Positions 55,013 through 64,000 of a DNA stretch of 64,000 bases are shown in pieces. This DNA is from Blastocladiella emersonii ATCC 22665. Taxonomy: Eukaryota > Fungi > Blastocladiomycota. The stretch is from the NCBI GenBank assembly GCA_025594325.1, contig JANHCV010000001.1, forward strand, positions 124,001 through 188,000, given 5' to 3'. The notes beneath the pieces are model-generated. The model saw nothing but the letters and a program-made list of their open reading frames with translations, was not told the DNA's origin and searched no databases. Positions within the stretch are counted from its first letter, which is position 1, and each line of letters opens with the position of its first letter. A program made the translations under genes and the position numbers.

Positions 55013-57259
55013 TCACCGCCGCCCCTTGCGCCGCTTCGCTCCGCTGCTGCTGCCGCCGCCCGACGATGCCGAGGACGTGGACCCGGCCGTGGTGAGGGCG
55101 GGCGGCTGCTCGACCTGCGCGGGGTCCTCGACCAGGCCAGTGCCGCCCGTGAGTGCCGAGACCTGTCGGAACAGGTCCGACACGTCCTTGAACAGGAGGT
55201 GGTCGGCGCAGAAGTTGCGCACCTCGACGAGCGATTCGGGCGGGAGGTCGGCCACATACTTGGAGAGGAACTTGGTCGCGAGCTGGACGGTGCGCGCGGT
55301 GCCCGACGCGAGCGCCGACGACACGACGCGCGACACGAACGCCGGGAGGTGGTCTTTTGCCAGCGCGCCGCTCGCCCACAGCCGGTGCACGACCTGCAGG
55401 TGCGCGACGCGCAGCGGGTGCGTGGGGCGCAGCAGCACGTCGGCGAGCGCGTCGAGCGGGGTCGTGCGCGCCAGAATGTCCGCCGCGAGGTCCGGACTGT
55501 GCGTGATGAGGCCCTGCACTGTCGCGGGCGACAGGAGCGACGCGGGCAGCGACGCAGGGAGGGGTGCAGGGAGCGCGTCCATGGGGCTCGATGCAGCGCG
55601 CTCCAACGCAGCGGTCAACGACGCGACCTCGGACTCGGTGAGCCCTTCGACGGTCGGGGTTGCGGGCCGCGACGCGGCGGCGTCGGCCGAGGACTCGGCT
55701 CCGCCCAGACCGCCCGGTTCCGGTGGCTGAAGACCCATGTCGGCAGCGGCGCGGGCGCGGGACCAGTCAGCGAGCGCGGCGGTGGCGGCAGACGGCGCAT
55801 CGGTGTACTTCCACTCGCTGGACGATTTGCGCGGCGACGAGTGAGCTCAAGTGCGACGGCGCGCGTGGGATCGAGAAACGTACGTGTCGAGGAGGGCGGT
55901 GAACTTGTCCCCGACCAAGCGCTGCTCGGCGACCACTGCGTCGATGGCCTCGACCGTCTCCGCTAGCACGCACAGCTCGAGCGGCAGCGCCACGTCTGGT
56001 GGGTCCGCCGAGGTCGCCGAGCGGTCGATGAAGGCCTCGAGCGTGTCGCTGTAAGCGGCAATGTGGACCATGGTTTTGGCAAGAAAGTCCTGGTCGCTCA
56101 GCAGGTGCGGTGCGGATCGTGGTCTGCGCGGCGAGAAGAGGAGGAGGTGCGCGAGCGTCTGCTCGAGCGGCGCGCCGTGGCGGGCGAGGCGGAGGAAGAG
56201 GGCGAGGAACGGGTGCGCACGCGCAAGGGCGAGGGCGTGCCGCTGCGACTCGGGGAGGTGCAGGACGTAGGCCTCGGCGGCGTCGCTGAGGAGCGGCGGG
56301 AACTGGGCGAGCAGGCCGCGGCGGCGGCGCGGTGGCGGGGTCGCGCGGTGGCGGCGCTGGCGCTGCTGCGACACGTCGAGGGGCAGGACGGGGAGGCTCG
56401 GGTCGGCGTAGAGGGCAAAGAGGAGGAACTGGGCGAGGAGCCGGGTCGGCAGCGGGGCAGGTGGTCCGGCCTCGAGCACGTCGGCGAGCTCAAGCGAGGC
56501 CGAGTAGAGGCGCAGCGGGTCGATGCGGTGAGCGTGGCGGTCGAGGGCGACGCGGGCGCGGACGAGGCGCCAGGCCTCGCCGACGGGGAGCGCGGTGAGG
56601 GCGGCGAGCATGCCCTGCGAGAACTGGCGCACCGAGGCGGCGGCCATGGCGGCGGACGCGGCGGCCTCGTAGTAGCCCGAGAGGCTCCGGCGCGAGGGCG
56701 GGAGCGAGGCGGCGGCGTCAGCGTCCGAGTGAGCACCGGTGTCCTCGTCGTCGGTTGCGTTGGCGAGGTCCCAGTCCTCGTCCGTCTCGCTCCCGGCGTC
56801 GTCGCCGTTGGTGCCGGCGCCGTTGGCGGCCGAGGCGGCGGCATCAGCGGCCGAGTAGCTGCCCATACGCGAAGGCGGGAGGGCAACGGGCGGGACGACG
56901 CTCGCGTAGGGGTAAGCGGCGGGCCCCGCGGCGGACGCGGCGGTGGCCGAGAAGAGAGCGTTGTTGGCGGAGGTGGTGCGCGGGCTGGCGGCGGGCGAAG
57001 CGCGGGCGGAGCGCGATCGTGGTGGGACGGGGGCGGGGGCAGGTCCGGGCCCCGTGGCGCCGAGCGGGACGGGGTTGAAGGCGACCTTGCCCGGAGTCGG
57101 GGTGGGGGTGGAGGAGGCGGACGAGGACGAGAGCGCGTTCACGGGCGTGGCCGAGGCGGACGAGGGCGACGAGACCGACGATGCGGCGGTTTGTCGGCGG
57201 GATCGGCCGCCCGAGGACGCGGCGCGGGAGGCCCACGACCCGGGTTGTGGTTCATTCAT
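55013..57259 (-). CDS. CNOT11: CCR4-NOT subunit 11 (CNOT11/DUF2363)-like, about 726 aa
   Basis: Exons 57259-55884 and 55817-55013. RLLAQFLLFALY...HPFLALFL in the N-terminal helical domain; C-terminal LITHSPDLAADIL...LQVVHRL...FVSRVVSS...RTVQLATKFL...EVRNFC...LFR aligns by eye to DUF2363. Confidence 0.75.
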
Positions 57260-57330
57260 GCATGGGGGTCCCAGGGCAGGTCTGGGCGTGCCGGATCAGG
57301 TGTGGTAGAGGTGGCAGAGAAAGGGGAAGG

Positions 57331-57364
57331 AGGGGGAGGGCAGGGGTCGTAGGGGGAGGGCAGG
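57331..57364 (+). repeat. G-rich direct repeat (AGGGGGAGGGCAGG x2) upstream of CNOT11
   Basis: Copies at 57331-57344 and 57351-57364; several G3+ tracts. Confidence 0.7.
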
Positions 57365-57711
57365 TCCGAGGTGACGGACGGGGGTCGAGTTGAGCGATGG
57401 CGGCGGGTGCGGCTCGGAGTCGGCGGCGAGGTAGAGTCGATGCGTAGCAGCGCGTTGCGGCGAGTGTGCGGCGTGCGCGAGTCGGTTTGCGTGCGGGTGA
57501 TGCGGTCGCGATGGCGGGCAGCCGGCTCGTCCGCGAGCGCTGCGAACAGCGCCGGGGTCGGCAGCGACCGGTCACGCGCACGCAAGGGGCGCCGCACGTG
57601 TGCGCAAGACGCGTGCTTCTCCCTCCCGCCCGCCCGGTGCAGCGCCCGGTGCCACCCGCCTGCCCTCTTCCCCTCTCCCTCTGCCTGAGCGCACCTACCA
57701 AACCACCCACC

Positions 57712-58487
57712 ATGGATCGCGAGCGCCGGAAGCCGTTCACGTACACGGCGTGCTACTGCGAGGAGAACGTCCACCGGCTGCTGGACGAGCACCTGCCGGT
57801 CGGGAGCGTCCCCCCGCACGCACCAGGCGAGTTCCGCGTGGCCGAGGCGTTTGCCGTGTTCATCTCCAACGCCAGCAAGGCGGTGCCGCTGTGGCACCAC
57901 TGGGACCGCGACGCCAACGCTCCCGGTGCGTTGCCTGACTCCCCTTGGCCCTGACCTGGCGTCGGAGAACTGATGTCGGATCCAGGTCCGCCCCGGTTCT
58001 AGTCGTCGTGTGCTGGGACTACCATGTCATTGCCATTGCCGTGTGTCGCGCCCCGACTGGCGCGCAGATCGCGCTCGTCTACGACCTCGACTCGTACTTG
58101 CCCTTCCCGTGCCGGCTGTTCGACTACGCGACGTACGCGCTGCTCGCGTCCTCCGACGGCTCGCCGCCCACCGACAACCCGGCCTTCACGCACGCGTACC
58201 GCGTCGTGCCGCGCGCCGAGTTCCTCGCCACCTTCTCGAGCGACCGCCGCCACATGCGCGCGCCCGACGGGAGCGGCGGGTGGACCAAGCAGCCGCCGCC
58301 GTACCCCCCACTGCGCGGGCCCGACGCGGCGACGGCGCACGACCTCGACCGGTTCGTGGGCATGGTGCCGGGAGCGGGGCCCGGCGAGGTGCTCGATCAG
58401 GCCGCGCTGCTGCGCCGCTTCGGCGTCGACGCCGCAGCGCTCCCGGCGCGACAAGACGCGCCCAGCGACGGCAGCGCGTCGTCCTAA
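57712..58487 (+). CDS. NTAQ1: Protein N-terminal glutamine amidohydrolase (WDYHV1), about 232 aa
   Basis: Exons 57712-57925 and 58003-58487. Motifs [10 protein letters not shown] (catalytic Cys), [23 protein letters not shown] and FSSDRRHM...PPPYPP. Confidence 0.96.
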
Positions 58488-58518
58488 ATACATTCCACTC
58501 ACTTGCTGCAACCCAACC

Positions 58519-60769
58519 ATGGCGCTCACGCTCGTGCTGGCACGGCCGGCGGCGATCACGGCGGCGGCGGCGACGGTGACGCGAGGTGGGAGTGGTGCAG
58601 GCGGGTTCCGCAGAATGAGCCGGGCGCCATGCACGTCGCGTGGCCTCGCCGCGTTGCTGCGGGTGCTCGGCCCGCGCTCCTCGTCGCCCCCGACCCCGGC
58701 CCAACAACCGCCGCCGCCCTATAAAGCCCGCCCGCTCCCCCGCCTCCCCGCGCGCTCTCTCGCGACTCGAGCCCACCCACCGCCGCCGAGCTACGAACCA
58801 ACAACCATGGCACCGACCGACACGTCCGCGCGCCTCGCCGGCCTCCGCGCCCTCATGCAGCAGCACAACCTGCACGCCTACATCGTCCCGTCCGAGGACG
58901 CCCACCAGTCCGAGTACATTGCCGACTGCGACGCGCGCCGCGCCTTCATCTCGGGCTTCACCGGCTCCGCGGGTACGCTGCACTGCGCTGCCCTGCCTTC
59001 CTGATCCCGATCGCCACTCACCTCGCTCCGCTCCCTCAAACACAGGCCAGGCCGTCGTCACCCTCGACAAGGCCGCCCTCTGGACCGACGGCCGCTACTT
59101 CCTCCAGGCCTCGCAGCAGCTCGACGCCAACTGGACCCTCATGAAGTTCGGCCTCCCAGACACCCCGACCAAGGAGGCCTGGCTCGTCGCCGAGTTTGCC
59201 GCCATCGACGCCGCCCGCGTCGGCCTCGACCCCGCCCTCTTCTCCGTCAAGGCCGCCGAGACCCTGCGCGCCGCCCTCGCCGCCAAGGGCCACACGGTCG
59301 TCCCGCTCGCCGAGAACCTCGTCGACGCCGTGTGGGCCGCCGACCGCCCCGCCGTCCCCGCCAACCCTGTCACGGTCCTCGCCACCGAGTTTGCCGGCCA
59401 GGCCTTCACCGACAAGCTCGCCCTCGTGCGCGCCGAGCTCGCCAAGCCCCTCAAGGACGGCGACAACGACGTGCACGCCCACGCCCTCGTCCTCACCGCC
59501 CTCGACGATATTGCCTGGCTCTTCAACCTGCGCGGCTCCGACATTGCCTTCAACCCCGTCTTCTTCGCCTACGCCCTCGTCTCGGCCGACGACGCCGTCC
59601 TGTGGGTCGACCCCACCAAGCTCACCCCCGACGTCTTCTCGCACCTCGCCGACGGCCTCGTCAAGGTCCAGCCCTACCACGCCATCTTCGACGACCTCGC
59701 CTCGGTCCACGCCGCCAAGGCCGCCCCCGGCACCAAGTTCGTCATTGACGGCCGCTGCAACCTCGCCCTGCAGGAGGTGCTGGGCGCCGACCGCACCCAC
59801 GTCATCACCCGCAACCCGATCGTGTCCGCCAAGGCCGTCAAGAACCCCGTCGAGATCGACGGCTTCCGCCTCTCGCACATCCGCGACGCGGCCGCCCTCG
59901 TCTCCTACTTTGCCTGGCTCGAGGACGAGCTCGTCAACAAGGGCCGCGACGACATTGACGAGGTGGACGGCTCCGACTACCTCGAGGCCCAGCGCGCCAA
60001 GCAGCCCGACTTCGTCGGTCTCTCCTTCCCGACCATCTCGGGCTCGGGCCCCAACGGCGCCATCATCCACTACGCCCCCGCCAAGCCCTCGGCCCGCACC
60101 ATCGACCCCAAGGCCGTGTACCTGTGCGACTCGGGCGCCCAGTACAAGAACGGCACCACGGACGTGACGCGCACCGTGCACCTCGCCGGCACCCCGACCG
60201 ACTTCGAAAAGCTCGCCAACACGCGCGTGCTGCAGGGCCACCTCGCCCTGACCCGCGCCGTGTTCCCCAAGGGCACCTCGGGCTTTGTCGTGGACGCGTA
60301 CGCGCGCGGCCCGCTCTGGTCGTCGGGCCTCGACTTCCGCCACGGCACGGGCCACGGCGTCGGCCACTTCCTCAACGTGCACGAGGGCCCGCACTCGATC
60401 TCGCCGCGCCCCGGCTCGCTCGATGTCGCGCTCGCCCCCGGCATGATCGTGACCAACGAGCCCGGCTACTACCACGACGACGGCGCCGACGGCCACGCCG
60501 GCTTCGGCATCCGCATCGAGAACGTGCTGGCCGTGGTCGAGGCCAAGACCCCGCACAACTTTGGCGGCGTCGGCTACCTCACCTTCGAGAACGTCACGGT
60601 CGTCCCCTACGACAAGGCCCTGATCGCCGTCGAGCTGCTGTCGCCCGAGGAGATCAAGCACATTGACGCGTACCACGCCGAGTGCTGGGAGAAGGTCTCG
60701 CCGCTCCTCGAGCCCGAGTCGCTCGAGTGGAAGTGGCTGCAGCGCGCTACCTCGCCCCTCGTCGCCTAG
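58519..60769 (+). CDS. Xaa-Pro aminopeptidase (aminopeptidase P, XPNPEP1/Fra1-type, M24B); 629 aa from ATG 58807, up to 725 aa from ATG 58519
   Basis: Intron 58973-59045. Motifs [88 protein letters not shown] and GIRIEN. Confidence 0.97.
58720..58726 (+). promoter_or_regulatory. TATA box (TATAAAG) 81 nt upstream of the aminopeptidase P ATG at 58807
   Basis: Canonical motif in otherwise very GC-rich sequence; it lies inside the upstream in-frame extension. Confidence 0.6.
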
Positions 60770-60849
60770 ATCGTGTACACCTGGACATGTATACATTCAT
60801 CATAAACGATTGCTTGTATTCTTATATCAAAACTGTGTGTATCCCTTCG

Positions 60850-63109
60850 TCAGGACGATGACGAGGACGATGACGGTGCCACGTCCTGCGGCCGGATCGT
60901 CACCCCGCCGCCGCCTTGCGCGTGTGCCTGCTGCAGCGCGTGCACGGCGAGCCGCAGCGCCGCCACCTCGGTGCGCAGCGCGACCACCTCGCCCAGCGTC
61001 TCGCGGTGCACCGTGCCCAGGTCGCGCAGCGCCTCGGCCTGGTCGCGGACCAGCGCGAGCACCTGGTCGAGCACGCTGCCGCCGGAAATGGACGGCGGGC
61101 CCGGCGTGGGAGGAACTGGAGAGGCTGCGTCGGGAGTGGGAGCAGTGGCTGACTGGATGGGCTGCCGTAGCGGCGTCTCGATGCGCGGCGCGGAGGACAG
61201 CTCGAGCAGGGCCTCTGGCATCCCAGGCTCGGGTGCCGCGGGCGGGCGGGCCGGCGATGACGACGATGACTCGGGAGCAGCAGCGATAGCCGTGGCGCAC
61301 GGGCCCTCGTCGCCCTCGGCCGCTACTACTGCCGCCGCCGCCGCTGCAGTCGGAGCCGCAGGGAGTGCGATCCTGGGCGGCGGCGGCGGCGCGTTGAGCA
61401 GCGCGGACGGTGGCGTGTTGACGGCGGGGTTGAGGTTGCGCAGGCGCTTGGCGGTGGCGATGAGAGCCTCGGACGCGAGGCGCTTGAAGGGCTTGGACTG
61501 GTCGATCTTGGCGAGCAGCACGGAAAAGTAGCGCCAGTTGGCGAGGATCACGTCGGCGGGCATCCAGTTGAGCGCCTCGATCAGGTCGGCCTTGCACCGC
61601 GTCGGCGACGACCGCAGGCTGATGCAGGTGATGGACCCGTCCTCGCGCTGCGCGTCAATGAACAGGTTGTCCCCGTTGCCGTGCACGTACTGGCCCGGCG
61701 TCTTCTGCACGATCCCGACGATGGGCGGCTTGCCGCGCTGCCCGACCCGGCTGCCCGACGGCTTGCTCGCGGCCGGGGTTGTGCCCGCGGGGGCTGCGTC
61801 GTCGCCTGGTACTGCTGCTCGGTCGTCGGCGCTCGCGGCCGTGGGGCGGACTGCGGCGGATGCGGGTGCCGAGGGCTGCGGGGTCGGCTGCTTCGAGGCC
61901 GCCCGCGCCGCAGCAGCAGCGAGCGCGAGGCCTGGCGACGACGTGCTGTCGGCGCTGTCGATGCACTCGAGGTGGCCGCACGGACCGTCGTCATCCTGGG
62001 TCACGACGAGCCCGCCGAGATGGTCGTGGCTGTGTCCATGGCTGTGATCGTGGAAGGGCGCGAGGAGCGGGTCGAGGAACGCGGGACCAGTGGTCGCGGC
62101 AGCGGCAGTCGTTGGACCCGTCGTCGTCGTTGCGGGCGAGAGCATGAGCGGGACGCTGTTGACGCGCGTCGGCGGCGCCCGCGCCGACCCGCTCGCGGCC
62201 GCGGGCGGGATGGCGAGGAGCGACTGGATCGCGGCGGCCGTGCTCTGGTCCGTCCACGCGTGCCCGGCAGCAGGCGGTCCGGGGCTTGCGCGCGCGGCGG
62301 GCGTCGCACCCGCACTGCGCGAGGTGCGCGAGGTGCGCTGGCTAGTAGCGAGATCCCCACCAGTGCTGTTGCCGCCGTTGAACTGCGGGAACGTGAACGG
62401 CATCATGCCCAGCCCACCGAGCCCCGCGCCGGGCACACACCCGCCGGACGTGCTGCAGTGGTCGTCGTGGAAGTGATGGCCGTTGTTGACGTGGACGTGA
62501 CCCGAGTGGATCCGCGGCGCCTTGCGCGGGCGCGCCGCGAGCAGGAGCGGATGCGGGTACTGCTGGAGGTGAGGCTGCGGCTGCGGCTGCTGCTGCTGCA
62601 TCGACTGGTACGGGTATTGGCTGAGCTGGAGCGCCATGGCAGCCGCGGCGGCGGCATCCTGCGGGCCGGGAGCGGCAGGTGCGCCGGCCGGCGACGCAAG
62701 CGCCGGGAACCCCATGGGTGCCGGCATGAAGCCGTTGCTGGCGCCCGCAGAACCGAGGCCGGTACCAAAGGCGGCGGCGGCGCTCGCCGGGTCGGCAAAG
62801 ATGTAGCTCTCGAGGTCGAGGGCGTCGAACGAGTGCGGGTCGCTGAACCCGAACGAGTGGTGCTGCAGGTGCGGCTGTTGCTGCGCCGGGACCGCCGATC
62901 CCCACGGAGGCGGCAAGCTCGTCAGCTGCGGCGAGCCGGCAGCCACGGCGGTTGCCAGCGGGTCGTCAAGGAACGAGGCATCGCGCTTGCGCGGGTTCGA
63001 GTTGGCGAGCCCAGGCGGCGGCGGCGGGTGTTGCTATGTGCGCGATGATGGGTGCAGGTCAGCGATCGTGGCCGGAATGCTTGCTACCGGCAAAGCGTAG
63101 CCGTACCAT
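60850..63109 (-). CDS. Orphan 728-aa protein (Gln/Pro/His-rich, central globular segment, C-terminal coiled coil); possible transcription factor
   Basis: Proposed ATG-only first coding exon 63109-63107, intron 63106-63034 (GTACGG...GCTGAC...CATAG), exon 2 63033-60850, in frame with track ORF 60850..62946. Confidence 0.7.
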
Positions 63110-63441
63110 GTCGCCAAACGGGTCGATCGATGGGTCGCCGATCCGAGCGGGGCGGCAGAGCGGGTTGCGCACAGCGCCAAGGCGAGAAGTCGAGTGGCAG
63201 TCGGCGGTTTCTGGCGCGGCGCAGCGTTCAGTCGTCGTTGCAGCAAGTCGATACGTTCGGGGAGAGGCCGAGCGGCAGGCCGAGCGGGGGACCGAGCAGG
63301 GGGGGACGGGGAGCGCGCTGCAGCTCGAGCGGCCGCAACCGGACAGGTACGCCGGCCCACGTGCCCGGTCCGCGCACTGATTGGCTGAGGACGGCGCGGA
63401 TCTACACGTGCCCATGGCGCGACCCGCCTGCTGTGGCGCTT

Positions 63442-63463
63442 CGCGTCTCGCCCCGTGTCTCGC
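63442..63463. promoter_or_regulatory. Second CGYGTCTCGC double site, upstream of the 728-aa orphan gene
   Basis: cgcgtctcgc-cc-cgtgtctcgc; nearby are CACGTG at 63358 and 63405 and CCAAT (minus strand) at 63380. Confidence 0.45.
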
Positions 63464-63587
63464 ACGCCGATCCCGCCGGGGCAGTCAGGTTTCACGACAC
63501 CGTTTCCCGAGGAAACACGTTGTAAGATATATTGGGACGTAACTGGATAAATGAATCACACTTGTGCCCGCACAGGACGAACACCGC

Positions 63588-64000
63588 TTACTTGATCGCA
63601 CTACAACGGGAGGCCACCTCAAGCAGGTGAGGGAAGTTTGCCGTCCTGCCGACCTTTTCAAGCTCCTCGACCGTGGAATCGCATGGTTTGATCCCGAGGC
63701 AGAGCATTTCATCCACAAGGCAGGCTGTTTCCTTCACGCACCATTGATCAAACTCGCGCTCGATCATGTCCAACTTCGGATCGCCGTGCACGCCTTCGAG
63801 CTTGATGCGGATGAGGTATGCGTAGTACTTGGGCGTAAGCACATTTGGGTGCTTCAACGTCAGCACATATCGATGGAGAATGTCAATCTTGAACAGCGCG
63901 CCGGCCCGTTTGTGCGCTTCCATGAGCGCGACAAACAAACGCCACGAGAGCACTGGAATCTTTTCGGCTCGATGACCGAGGACGTCGAAGGGGAGGTTTA
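63588..64000 (-). CDS. C-terminal fragment of a helical-repeat (PPR-like) protein, 5'-partial
   Basis: The frame is open to the window edge (NLPFDVLGHRAEKIPVLSWRLF...). DEMLCLGIKPCDSTVEEL resembles a PPR motif. Stop at 63588-63590. Confidence 0.55.
   Translation of the reverse strand, partial: NLPFDVLGHRAEKIPVLSWRLFVALMEAHKRAGALFKIDILHRYVLTLKHPNVLTPKYYAYLIRIKLEGVHGDPKLDMIEREFDQWCVKETACLVDEMLCLGIKPCDSTVEELEKVGRTANFPHLLEVASRCSAIK

Overview
Eukaryotic nuclear DNA: very GC-rich, gene-dense and intron-containing. Gene content (class 2 DHODH, fungal-type glycogen synthase, Msy-type MscS channel, TFC4, NTAQ1, CNOT11) and short GT-AG introns (mostly 59-100 nt, GTACGN donors, CTRAC branch points) point to an early-diverging fungus, possibly Blastocladiomycota-like; the taxon is an inference. 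I built 28 gene models by hand: RPB1 (partial), CDC14, AMSH/Sst2, a PaaI/ACOT13 thioesterase, DHODH, TFC4, a C2/Pro-rich protein, CENP-S/MHF1, RAB7, an F-box/LRR-like orphan, an MscS channel, insulysin, a UBC4-type E2, an 11-mer-repeat orphan, a basic low-complexity orphan, glycogen synthase, SDH4, mitochondrial EF-Ts, a mitochondrial RRM-like protein, PRP31, CCDC174/DUF4078, a secreted GPI-type zinc protease, a PPxY orphan, CNOT11, NTAQ1, aminopeptidase P, a 728-aa orphan and a partial PPR-like gene. There is also a decayed inverted copy of part of the insulysin gene inside a 2.2-kb gene-free island. Most long ORFs in the supplied track are GC3-driven shadow frames. I found no rRNA, tRNA, CRISPR array or intact transposase. 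Best leads: (1) Val at the conserved RPB1 arginine that binds alpha-amanitin (yeast R726); (2) the insulysin fragment with a microhomology-bounded deletion, next to a palindrome and a possible Helitron-like end; (3) a shared double-site promoter motif; (4) a likely dual-start aminopeptidase P directly behind NTAQ1; (5) two orphan proteins with unexplained structure. No database searches were run; family calls come from recognised motifs. I see no clear evidence of a complete new multi-gene system.
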